From the human T2T-CHM13v2.0 reference genome, Homo sapiens, in the NCBI RefSeq assembly GCF_009914755.1, contig NC_060934.1: DNA of 64,000 bases; one strand, written 5' to 3'. Positions 39,993 to 53,169 of the stretch are shown one piece after another (positions within the stretch are counted from its first letter, which is position 1; every line of letters starts with the position of its first letter). The notes under the pieces were generated by a model. That model was given only the letters and a program-made list of their open reading frames with translations, was not told the DNA's origin and made no database searches. The translations under genes and the position numbers were made by a program.

Positions 39993-40367
39993 TATATTAG
40001 TCTGTTTTCATGCTGCCGATAAAGACATACCTGAGACTGGGCAATTTACAAAAGAAAGAGGCTTATTGGGCTCACAACTCCATATGGCTGGGGAGGCCTC
40101 ACAATCATGGTAGAAGGCAAGGAGGAACAAGTCACGTCTTACATGGATGGCAGCAGGCAAAGAGAGAGAGAGAGCTTGTACAGGAAAACTCTTCTTTTTA
40201 AAACCATCAGATCTCATGAGATTCATTTGCTCTCACGAGAACAGTGCAGGAAAGACCCACCCCCATAATTAAATCACCTCCCACCGGGTTCCTCCCATGA
40301 CACATGGGAATTGTGGGAGTTACAATTCAAGATGAGATTTGGGTGGGGACACAGCCAAAGCATGTCA
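39993..40367 (-). mobile_element. THE1B-like solo LTR
   Basis: ataaagacatacctgagactgggcaatttacaaaagaaagag, ggaggaacaagtcacgtcttacatggatggcagcagg, gatgagatttgggtggggacacagcc. Confidence 0.9.
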
Positions 40368-40898
40368 TCAAGTATAGTTCTAGGCCCTAAGAAAACAATA
40401 GACTACCTTTCCAGCCCACAAGAACAACATAGTCTATTTGAGGAGACAGAACTATAAAATGTAATTGCAATACAAAGTAACAAGAGAAGAGTAAGAAAGT
40501 AACAATAAGGCCTGGATAGGCAGAAGAAAGTCTTCAGGGAAGGAATAGTTAAATATGTTATTCTGCAGGCAAAGAAGACTACAGTTTCAAAATGATTTCA
40601 CATATGAACTCACATTTTATTGTCATATGTAAAATGGGATATATAGGTCAACCCACACCACTTAGGAAACTGGTACTCAGGGAAGCTGAGTGACTGTGTG
40701 AGACCACACCTCAACAATGGTACAATGTTTTAATCCTGAGCACAGACTGATTTATAGCAGCTGCTTCCAGTTGTACTGAGAATAATTGTAAACATCACCA
40801 AAATTAAGTAGTAAATAATTTTGTGATTTATTAAGATATCTAGTATGATCTGAAACAGAATGATGGCTTTTTTTTTATATCAAAGTTATCCTGCAGGA

Positions 40899-41191
<293 letters not shown>

Positions 41192-41221
41192 TTATCTTGG
41201 GGGAGAAAATTCATGAACAAC

Positions 41222-41664
41222 TGTGATGGTTAATACTGAGTGTCAACATGATTGGATTGAAGAATACTAAGTATTCTTCTATGAAGGTGTTGCCAAAGGA
41301 GATTAACATCTGAGTCAGTGGGCTGGGGAGAGGGCTGACCCACCCTTAATCTGGGTGGGCCCCACCTAATCAGCTGCCAGTGAATATGAAGCAGGCAGAA
41401 AAACATGAAAAGGTTAGACTGGCTTAGTCTCCCAGCCTACATTTTTCTCCCATGCTGGATGCTTCCTGCCTTCAAACACTGGAGTCCCAAGTTCTTCAGC
41501 TTTGGGACTCAGACAGGATTCTTTGCTCCTCAGCTTGCAGACAGCCTATTGTGGGACCTTGTGACCATATGAGGTAACACTACTTAATAAATTCCCCTTT
41601 ATATATATATATTTATCTATCTATCCTATTAGCTCTGTCCCTCCAGAGAATCCTGACTAATACA
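41222..41664 (+). mobile_element. MLT2A1-type 5' LTR
   Basis: tgtgatggttaatactgagtgtcaac ... ctgactaataca. Confidence 0.92.
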
Positions 41665-41779
41665 GATTTTGGTACCAGAAGTGGTTCTAGAGAAACAGAA
41701 TATTAAGGATGGAATTTTTTAGTTGGTTTTGGGGTTTCTGGAGCTGGTTGCTTAGTACAATTAGACCCAAAAATGCTAA

Positions 41780-43440
41780 GCACTCTATTTATAATAGTAT
41801 GGAGAACACTGATAGTCCTTAGTATGAACTGTTTAGAGAGTTAGACAAAATAAATGCATTTGACACTCCTGATCCACCACTTGTGAGAGGCAAGGAGTTT
41901 CAAGACTCTATACATAATACCTTTGGCCATCTGTGGAGAACAAGGAACATAATGAAACTGGTTGGTTGCTCCTAAGTTCACTGGGCAAAGTGATGAAAGA
42001 AAACAATAAACTCAGGGATTCTGTCTCCCAGCTTCAGAAGCAGATACTGAGCTTCAAATCGTCTAAGATTGCCCTGAGTCAAAGTCTTATCTACTGGAGA
42101 GAAAGAGCTGAAATTGTGGAGAAGCAGACACAAGCTCTTATCATGTGAGTGGCTGACTTGCAACAAAAAGTGCATGCACAGCCTTGCCAGGTGTCTATCA
42201 TTAAAGTGAAGGCATTGCTTGGATTAGAATGGGACCTTGGAACTTGGAATGGGGTTGTGTGAAAGGACCCTGATAAAGCTGGAGATACTGGGCGTGTAAA
42301 GTCTGAATGAAACTTTCTTGCCAGAAGAAAGAGCTTCCCCATCCCCAGAAGTGGCAGCATACCCTCTCGGACCCATGCTGCTATCAGCCCTTCCACTTTT
42401 GCCTGAGGAGGTAAACCCTGTGCTGCCTGAGGCAACAGTGATGGCCTCCACTGAGGCAGTTGCCAGGCAAGATAATGTTGATTCTCCTCAGGAGCCACCC
42501 CCTGTTTGCTTCTAGACCTATAACTAGACTAAAGTCCCAAGGAACCCCTAGAGGTGAGGTTGAGAGTGTGACCCACAAGGAGATGTGCCACACTGAAAAA
42601 GAACTGCTTGAGTTTTCTAATTTATATGAACAGAAATCTGGAGAACAGGCATGGGAATGGATATTAAGGGTGTGGGATAATGGTGGAAGGAACATAGAGT
42701 TGGACCAAGCTGAATTTATTGATTTGAACCTACTAAGCAGGGATTCTGCATTTAAAGTTGCAGCCCAGGGAGTTAAAAAACATTCTAATAATTTATTTGC
42801 TTGGTTAGCTGAAATATAGATTAAAACACGACCCATTGTGAGTGCCTGGAAATGCCTGATTTCCTTTGGCTTAATATAGAGGAAGGAATTCAAAGCCTTA
42901 GAGAGATTGGGATGATGGAGTGTATTAGTCACTTTATACCTACTCATCCCAGCTGCGAGAGCCCAGAAGATATACCCTTGATGAATGCTTTACAAAGTAG
43001 ATTTATGAGGACAGCACCTGCATTTTTGAGGAGCTTTATAATTGCTCTTCTCTGTATGTCAGATCTAACAGTGGGAACCACGGTCACTCAACTACAAAAT
43101 TTAAATACAATGGGAATAATTTGATCTCAAGGTGGCAGGGGCCAAGTGACAGAACCCAACCGTCAAAGGCAAGGTGGGCATAGCTACCATAATGGACAGC
43201 AGAGGCAAAGCAGCAATCAGAATAGTCTGACACGTGAAGAGCTCTGGAATTGGCTAATTAATCACAGTGTTCCTAGAAGTGAAATTTATTGGAAGCCTAC
43301 TGCATTTCTACTTAATTTATATAAGGAGGAAATGTCCAGGTCAAATGGACAAAAGAAGAATTTAAATTATAAAAACAGAGAATCACGGCCCCTCAATCAA
43401 TTTCCAGACAAGCCAGTTTACAGACCCAGAACCCCTTGAA
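41780..43440 (+). pseudogene. HERV-L gag remnant
   Basis: Fragments GWLLLSSL..LQKQIL, QKSGEQAWEWILRVWDNGGRNIELDQAEFID, LWNWLINHSVPRSEI in several frames with stops. Confidence 0.85.
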
Positions 43441-43539
43441 TGAAAGGGAGGCTGGGTCCTCTTGAGGAAGGACCCCACTACACTACTGACAATTTGTGCA
43501 GTGAATCTTTCTCCCATCCTTCCCCAAGTACACCTCTGG

Positions 43540-43900
43540 CCTTCCACCAGGGTAGCTGTGCATTGGAGAAAGGGAAATGATCAGACATTTCAGAGACTAC
43601 TGGACACTGGCTCTGAGCTGACGTTGATTCCAGGAGACCCAAAACATCATTGTGGTCCTCCAGTTAAAGTAGGGGTTATGGAGGTCAGGTAATTTGTAGA
43701 GTTTTAGCTCAGGTCTGACTTACAGTGAGTTCAGTTTGCCCTTGGACTCATCCTGTGGTCATTTCCCCAGTGCCAGAATGCATAATTGGCATAAACATAT
43801 TTAGCAGCTGACAGAACCCCCACATGGGCTCCCTGACTGGTAGGGTGAAGGGTATTATGATGGGAAAGGCCAAATGGAAGCCATTAGACCTTCCTCTACC
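43540..43900 (+). pseudogene. HERV-L aspartyl protease remnant
   Basis: LLDTGSELTLIPG active-site motif at ~43597. Confidence 0.85.
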
Positions 43901-43929
43901 TAGAAAAATTGTAAATCAAAAAGGCAATA

Positions 43930-45660
43930 TTGCATTCCTGGAGGGATTGCAGAGATTAGTGCCACCATAAAGGACTTGAAAGATGCAGGAGTGGTGATGC
44001 CCACCACATCCCCATTCAACCCTCCTATTTGGCCTGTGCAGAGGACAGGTGGATCTTGGAGAATGACAGTGGATTATCATAAGCTTTACCAAGTGGTGAC
44101 TCAAAGTGCAGCCACTGTACCAGCTGTAGTTTCACTGCTTGAGCAAATTAACACATCTCCTGGTACCTGGTATGCAGCTATTGACTTGGCAAATGCCTTT
44201 TTCTACATTCCTGTATAAAAGGCACACCAGAAGCAATTTGCCATCAGCAGTAAAGACTAGTAACATACCTTTACTTTCCTACCTCAGGAGTATATCAATT
44301 CACCACAAGATATCACACTGGTCCATTATATTGATGACATTATGCTGATTGGATCCAGTGAGCAAGAAGTAGCAAACACACTGGACTTACTGGTGAGAAA
44401 TTTGCATGCCAGAGGATGGTAAATAAATCCGACTAAAATTCTGGGAACTTCTACCTCAGTAAAATTTCTAGGGCTAGAGTGGCATGGGGCATGTCAAGAT
44501 ATTCCTTCTAAAGTGAAGGATAAGTTGCTGTGTTTGGCCCCTCCTACAACCAAGAAAGAGGCACAATGCCTAGTGGGCCTATTTGGATTTGGGAGGCAAC
44601 ACATTCCTCATTTGGGTGTGTTACTCCAGCCTATTTATTGAGTGACCCAAAAGGCTGCCAGTTTTGAGTGGAGTCCAGAATAGAAGGCGGCTCTGCAACA
44701 GATCCAGGCTGCTGTGCAAGCTGCCCTGCCACTTGGACCATATGACCCAGCAGATCCAATAGTGTTTGAGGTGTTAGTTGCAGATAGGGATGCTGTTTGG
44801 AGCCTTTGGCAGGCCCCCATAGGTGAATCACACAGGAGGCCTCCAGGATTTTGGAGCAAGGCCCTTCCATCTTCTGCAGATAACTACTCTCATTTTGAGA
44901 GACAGCTCTTGGCCTGTTCCTGGGCTTTGGTGGAAACTGAACATTTGACCATGGGTTATCAAGTCACAATGCAACCTGAACTGCCTGTCATGAACTGGTG
45001 CTTTCAGACCCAAGTAGCCATAAAGTGGGTTGTGCACAGCAGCATTCCATCATCAAATGGAAGTAGTGTATACATGATCAGGCTCGAGCAGGTCTGGAAG
45101 GCACACGTAAGTTACATGAGGAAGTGGCTCAAATGCCCATGGTCTCCACTCCTGCCACCCTGCCTTCTCTCCCCCAGCCTGCACCAACAGTCTCATGGGG
45201 GAGTTCCCTATCATCAGTTGACAGAGCAAGAGAAGAGTAGGGCCTGGTTCACAGATGGTTCTGTATGATATGCAGGCACCACCTGAAAGTAGAGAGCTGC
45301 AGCACTACAGCCACTTTCTAGGACATCCCTGAAGGAGAGCAATGAAGGGAAATCTTCCCAATGGGAACAACTTCCAGCAGTGCACTTTGTTGTGCACTTT
45401 GCATGGAAGGAGAAATGGCCAGATGTGAGATTATACACTGATTCATGGGCTGTAGCCAATGGGTTGGCTGGATGATCAGGGACTTGAAAGAAGCATGACT
45501 GGAAAATTGGTGACAAATAAATTTGGGGACGAGGTATGTGGACGGAACTCTCTGAGTGGTCAAAAAATGTGAAAATCTTCATATCCAATGTGAGTGCTCA
45601 CCAACGGGTAACCTCAGCAGAGGAGGATTTTAATAATCAAGTGGATAGAATGACCCATCC
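43930..45660 (+). pseudogene. HERV-L reverse transcriptase, tether and RNase H remnant
   Basis: [37 protein letters not shown] (44327-44338), AWFTDGS, SAHQ; multiple stops and frameshifts. Confidence 0.9.
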
Positions 45661-45699
45661 TGTGGACACCACTCTGCCTCTTTCCCCAGCCACCCCTGT

Positions 45700-46330
45700 C
45701 ATCACCCAATGGGCCCATGAACAAAGTGGCCATTGTGGCGGGGATGGAGGTTATCCATGGGCTCAGCAACATGGACTTCCACTTACCAAAGCTGGTCTGG
45801 CTATGGCCACTGCTAAGTGCCCATTTGCCAGCAGCAGAGACCAACACTGAGCTCTTGATATGGCACCATTCTTCAGGGTGATCAATCAGCTACCTGGTGG
45901 CGGGTTAATTATATTGAACCTCTTCCATCACGAAAAGGGCAGAGGTTTGTCCTCACTGGAATAGACACTTACTCCGGATAGTGGTTTGCCTATCCTGCAC
46001 GCAATGCTTCTGCAAAGACTACCATTTGTGGACTCACAGAATACCTTATGCACTGTGATGTTATTCCATACAGCATTGCCTCTGACCAAGGCACTCGCTT
46101 TATGGCTAAAGAAGTGCAGCAGTGGGCTCGTGCTCATGGAGTTCCTGGTCTTATCATGTTCCTGTCATCCTGAAGCAGCTGGATCAATAGAACAGTAGAA
46201 TGGCCTTTTGAAGTCATAATTACAAAGCCAACTAGGTGACAATACTTTGCAGGGCTGGGGCAAAGTTCTCCAGAAGGCCACATATGCTCTGAATCAGCAT
46301 CCAGTATATCTCCCATAGCCAGGATTCATG
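45700..46330 (+). pseudogene. HERV-L integrase remnant
   Basis: WAHEQSGH zinc-finger start, IDTYSG and SDQG core motifs; disrupted. Confidence 0.8.
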
Positions 46331-46429
46331 GATCCATGAATCAAGGGGTAGAAGTGGAAGTGGCACCAGTCACCATCACCTCTAGTGATCCGCTAGCAAA
46401 ATTTTTGTTTCCTGTTTCCAGGACATTAT

Positions 46430-46690
46430 GTTCTGCTGGCCTAGAAGTCTTAGTTCCAGAGGGTGGAATGCTGCCATCAGGAGACACAGCAATAATTCCA
46501 TTAAAATGGAAGATTGGCACCTGGACACTCTGGGCTCCTCCTACCTTTAAGTCAACAGGCTAAGAAGGGACTTACAGTGTTGGCTGGGGTGATTGACCCA
46601 GATTATCAAGATGAAATCAGTCTACTACTCCACAACGGAGGTAAGGAAGAGTATGCATGGAATACAAGAGATCCATTAGGGCATCTCATG
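46430..46690 (+). pseudogene. HERV-L dUTPase remnant downstream of integrase
   Basis: SQQAKKGLTVLAGVIDPDYQDEISLLLHN contains the dUTPase G.ID.DY motif. Confidence 0.85.
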
Positions 46691-47230
46691 TCCTGTGATT
46701 AAGGTTAATGGGAAACTGCAACAGCCCAATCCAGGCAGGACTACAAATGGCCCAGACCCTTCAGGAATGAAGGTTTGTGTTACTCCACCAGGAAAAAAAA
46801 ACCATGACCTGCTGAGGTGCTTGCTGAAGGCAAAGGGAACACAGAATGGGAAGTAGAAGAAGGTAGTCATCAATACCAGCTACGACCATGTGACCAGTTG
46901 CAGAAATGAGGACTGTAATTGTAATGAGTATTTTCTCCTTCTTTTGCTAAAAACATGTTTGTGCATGTATAACCTTGCACTAAAACAAAATCTTCATTTT
47001 ATTTCCTTTCTCCTGTATCATGTGACATAAGATTTATTTAGTTCATATCAGCATTTAAGCATTGTTAACTTTATGTATTAGCATTTGGGTTGTGGATTGG
47101 TGTGTTTTTGGTTGCAGGAAGCATAGTTGTATTATGTTAGGTATAATTATGGCCTTATAATTGTCTTTATTTGAAGATTATGTATGATCTCAGGAGATGT
47201 GTATGGGTTCAAATTGACAAGGGGTAGACT

Positions 47231-47652
47231 TGTGATGGTTAATACTGAGTGTCAACTTGATTGGATTGAAGGATACTAGGTATTCTTCAGTGAGGGTGTT
47301 GCCAAAGAAGATTAACATTTGAATCAGTGAGCTGGGGAAGGCAGACTCACCCTTAATCTGAGTGGGCACAATCTAATCAGCTGCCAGCAAATATAAAGCA
47401 GGCAGAAAAACATGAAAAGGTTAGACTGGCTTAGGCTCCCAGCCTATATCTTTCTCTCATGCTGGATGCTTCCTGCCCTCAAACATTGGACTCCAAGTTC
47501 TTCAACTTTGGTACTCGGACTGGCTCCCTTGCTCCTCAGCTTGCAGATGGTCTATTATAGGACCCTGTGATCATGTGAGGTAATGCTACTTAATAAGCTC
47601 CCATATATATATCCTATTAATTCTGTCCCTCTAAAGAACCCTGACTAATACA
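47231..47652 (+). mobile_element. MLT2A1-type 3' LTR
   Basis: Direct repeat of 41222-41664, roughly 10-15% diverged by eye. Confidence 0.92.
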
Positions 47653-48571
47653 ACAATTAACTAAATGATAAAATTATTTTTCTCATAGAGTTGTAAGGAT
47701 TAAACAAGAAAATAGTCTTCCTATATTATGCAACAATTCTGAGAATTATGGAGACCTGAAGAGTCCCAGCCACCCTCCTAAGACAACTCTAATGTATTGC
47801 TTCTTCTGTGGCTGGAGCTGGAAGTTGGGTATTCCTTGAAGGGAGTAAACAAGGTCCAGGATCCACACATAAAGAGACAGCTTAACTTTTTCACTTCTGT
47901 GATGCATGACAGCCTACGCCCTAGTGGAAGAGAGCCCTAAGTGTCTTAGAGAGAATTTGTCCTGCAAGATCTAAGGGTTCTGGAGAAGAAGTGCAGACCT
48001 AGCCAACATGAACATCCCTGGAGGAATCCTGATTTTTGTGGCCTTCAGAGGAACTGGAGAGATAAACAGATCGACCAAATCCTCTATACCCATAAAGCTG
48101 GCAGAATGTAAGATTTTACAGCCACTGAGAATGGAAGTAGAAAGCCTATTTTATGTCCTTGAGTGGAGACTAGCAGAATACCTACAAGTAGAGTCCAGTA
48201 TGCAGCCAGCACAGAGTTGCAGAGATTCCTGTGCTTAGGAAGCATCATTTATATGTTTGACAGAACTGTGTTAACCTGAGCCTCAGTGAGTAACACAAAG
48301 GAAAATAACCCAGCCAGAGAGGAGTATAGAAATAATCCAGAACAAGAAACTCCTAGGAAAACATAACTGCTGGAATATGGAGGTGGGATCTTGTTAAAAA
48401 ATAAAATTATTAATAAATGAAATTTAATCACAGCACAAATAACACTTTCTGAACCTACAAACCTTGATTTTTGTCATAAAAAGTTTGGTAGGTGAACTGA
48501 ACAAATAGGTTCATGACACTTTCAGATAATAATGACAAATCTACATTTATCATCCCATTTATATAAAATCT

Positions 48572-48606
48572 TGTGTGTGTGTGTGACAGAGAGAGAGAGA
48601 GAGAGA
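48572..48606. repeat. Compound (TG)n(AG)n microsatellite
   Basis: Visible directly. Confidence 0.85.
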
Positions 48607-49869
48607 TGAACAGAAAGATACTCATCAAAATGTTGATGGTGCTCATCTCAGAATACCCTAAAAAGGGATTCATGCTTCCTTCAAATTTTTGTATACCATA
48701 TAAATTATTCTACTAACACATATAATCAGAACTGTCTATGCAATCATTAATTCTATCTTCAATCAAAAAATACTCCAATGTTATTGAAATTACCAGTCTA
48801 TTTGTACCCCACAGGATAGAAGACATGAAAGAATAAAAACCGTAAGAAAGCTTGGCTGCTAGTGACTTTATATAAGAGGAAACAACTATAAAATAAATCT
48901 TTTTAGCAGAACAATTGGATCTTATAACATGCATGGATGGGCAGCTGAGCATAGAGGCTGAGGTAGTGCATTGATGGAATTTCCATATCATCCTAGACCA
49001 CTTGTATCAATTCTAAACCACAGAATACTGAACATGACCATGTTTCCACTGATTCACTCAAGTGTTGTTCACATATTTTTTAGCCTTCTCAAAAGAGAAA
49101 CCACTGTGTTTTGGTTCCTAACTTTGCTAGATATAAAAAATATGAATCATTGTATAAATCATTAAAGGAATTAAACTTTCTTTCATTTTAGGAAAGGTTA
49201 TTAAAATTTACAACTTCTGAATGTGTATCACTTATTAAATGATGGACCATAAATGAATGTATCCAATCAGAAATTGACAATGTCCTCATTAGGTACTGTT
49301 CACACAGCGATACTTGTTTATGTCATATCTCAGAACTGAGAAACTAAACTGTAGTGGTACTTAATGAAGCACTTTATAAGCAATAGAAATCAACTGAAAA
49401 AGTGGATTTCCAGTAATTACCATGACTAATACTAATGAAAAATGTCTCTAAATGGAGACACGACAAGGGCATAAAATTTGAATCAGATTATGCAAAAAGT
49501 CATACTCAGGAAACAAACGTGGAAAGATTGCGACTTGCGTCAGGTCAGTTGTTAGCAAAGAGCCCATTAGTCCTCAAGCTGTATCTGCCTTAAATCAATC
49601 CCCAGAAAATACTTGAAATAAAGAAGCACACAGCAAACTGAAACACCCACAACTGGAAAGAGAGATGTCATTCATAGTAATTATAAGCAGATATTTCTGC
49701 AAAGTACATTCGTGTAGAAATGCCCTTATTAACTTCTATGCAGTCAACACATATTTATAGATCTAACACAGTATTGAGACAAAGTGGATTACTATTCTTA
49801 GTAATTAATAAGACTAAGTGATTATTATTAATAAGAATATGGGACAGAGAGATTTATGTAGGTTATTTT

Positions 49870-50410
49870 TGCTATTACTTATTTTTGATCTAGCATGACT
49901 TTGTACTTTCTTTTTATAAAAGATCCCCACATGGCTGTGAGAAACACTTTTCTTGTTTTTTGGATGGAATTGACGTTGCTTCCCACATTGATGGTCATTA
50001 GCCTTGGGCTGGCCAATAAAAGCACTTCTTACAGCTGACCATAGTGATTACATAACTGAAACCCAGTCAGATCATCTCTATGGCTTGACACGTGGATAAA
50101 GAGAAAGCATCACTCTTGTTATGGAGTTAAAAGCTATAAATATCATCTCAATCTTGAGTTTCTGGTCACTATCATTCCTGCCACAGAGTTAAAAAAGGCC
50201 AAGAAAATGAAGTTGATACTGAGGAAAAGAGAGTCAATATATGAAAGAGGGAGTGGAAAAGAAAGGGTAGAGACGAGAGGAAGCGGAGGGGAGTGCTGGG
50301 CAACACTTGAAACCCAGATCCAGCAATGACTTTCCAGCTACATTAGCTAAAACAGCAAACAGCTTCTTTATGAAACTGATATAGTCTGAGGTTCATTTAT
50401 TTTATTTCAA
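49870..50410 (+). mobile_element. Possible old MLT1K/L-like LTR remnant
   Basis: ggctggccaat..ccatagtgatt and gatccagc..gactttccag.taca motifs; very diverged. Confidence 0.3.
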
Positions 50411-50942
50411 AATCAAATGATATAGTGTGAGGTGCAAATAGTAGCCCAGAATTACATAGCAGAGTTTGAACAACAGGGAAAAAATACCAACCACATCAGA
50501 AAAGAAGAATTCATTTGCCCACACAGAAATTATTTATAGGAGGCACTTGAAGTAAATCTCATTGTACTATATAAAATATATAAATACACTGTATTTTATT
50601 TATAGTAGTTAGATCTTATTGTTTATGTAGTTATATACTATATATTATATACATAATGTAACTGTATAGAATGCTGGATAAAGCTCTGTAGCTCTTCTCA
50701 TAGATTAAATATTACTATAAGATTAGATTAAATCACCAATTCATTTAGCTAATAATGCAAAAACATGTCAAATATAGGTGGCAACACAGGGAGGGGACAT
50801 ATGCAGGATTTATAATTATGCGTGGCCTAAGCCCTCCTAAGGCATCCAGTTGCTATCTGCATTGTCATTACAACTAGGATTTTCCAAAAGATAAGAAATT
50901 CCATTTTTGCTATCCCAATTCCATCTTATACTCTGGGCTTAC

Positions 50943-51052
50943 CTCACTTTTCTGAACGGACTAACACCAAATGTCTACGCCTTTTGGTTTCAGAGAATTA
51001 TAGCAGGCTATCCTTCTTCTTAAAATCTAGCATCATCAAGCCATGCCCCCCT
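50943..51052 (-). ncRNA. Candidate 110-nt internal non-coding exon
   Basis: Minus strand: ctctaatttctgtgttcAG acceptor and GAG|GTAAGC donor; stops in all three frames; prediction only. Confidence 0.35.
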
Positions 51053-52000
51053 CTGAACACAGAAATTAGAGTCATTCTCCAAATGTCATTGATTAATGTC
51101 TCTCCTTTAGATTTCCAGTGTTCTAGAAAGCCCATTTTCCCCCAGTCCACACCATGACTCTGATTTAATGCCCTTTTCATACAGAGTTTGGTCCGAAGGT
51201 GAAGATCACAAATCAATTCCCACAAAAATTTAATTTAAAATGCAATTTCCATCATTCTAAGTCAATCTTTTGTTTTTGTGTTCTTAAAGTCTCAAATTAA
51301 GGAAAAAATTACTTCAGATATTCTTAATGATGGAGATCTCAAACACACATCTAAGATAATAGTTTCAATTAAATTTGTAGTTCCCAAAGAAGCCAGATTA
51401 ATTTTAAAACATTCCATACAAAATATGGTCTTTAATGCAATTCTTTTCAGAGTGTGTCATATATCACCACTAAGTAGAGCTACATACTTATACATTGGTA
51501 TGGAAGCAAAGAACAGAATATTAATTTAGGCATGTTGGAGAAACCGTAAGTTACCTCAATCGTCATCAGAATCATCATCTTTATCATCGTTGCAATGTTT
51601 ATTGAATGTTTACAATCCTATTTTTTGGTGCTATTATTATGTTCACACTACAGATTTTAAAATAAATTGCATTCTAAGCAATTATATTAGAATCAGACTC
51701 TTTTCTGCTACCACTATTGAGAAATACTGGATAAGACACAACTAAAAACAGGAGAGATAAGATTGCCAGGCTGCTAGAAGCACTGGCTGACATGAAAACA
51801 ACTATTTAACTTTAACAGCAGCACAAGAATGGGAGACAAAAACTTGGATCCCCAGAAGGTCAGGAGTTTAACTGAAACTTCTGCAGGTACCCAAGACCAT
51901 AGAAGGAGAAATGGCAAAAAGTTGTGTCTATCCCAGGCCTCTGCTTAGTTTGAAAATAAAAAAGAGGAATCTCCCAAAAAATTTGTAATCACAGGCTAAC

Positions 52001-53168
<1,168 letters not shown>

Positions 53169-53169
53169 C

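Larger units (their letters stand above)
41222..47652 (+). mobile_element. Near-full-length HERV-L provirus with MLT2A1-type LTRs
   Basis: Two direct ~430-bp LTRs, PBS-like tggtaccag after the 5' LTR, purine tract before the 3' LTR, gag-pro-RT-RNaseH-IN-dUTPase remnants, no env; TSD acaac/acaat. Confidence 0.95.

Noticed and set aside
41933-46873. Cluster of the longest ORFs (up to 187 aa) suggesting a domesticated retroviral gene
   Set aside because: Broken HERV-L gag/pol/dut fragments or their antisense frames; many stops and frameshifts
49500-49570. Small cluster of CpGs with TGCGTCA and AGGTCA half-sites
   Set aside because: Short half-sites occur frequently by chance; no independent support
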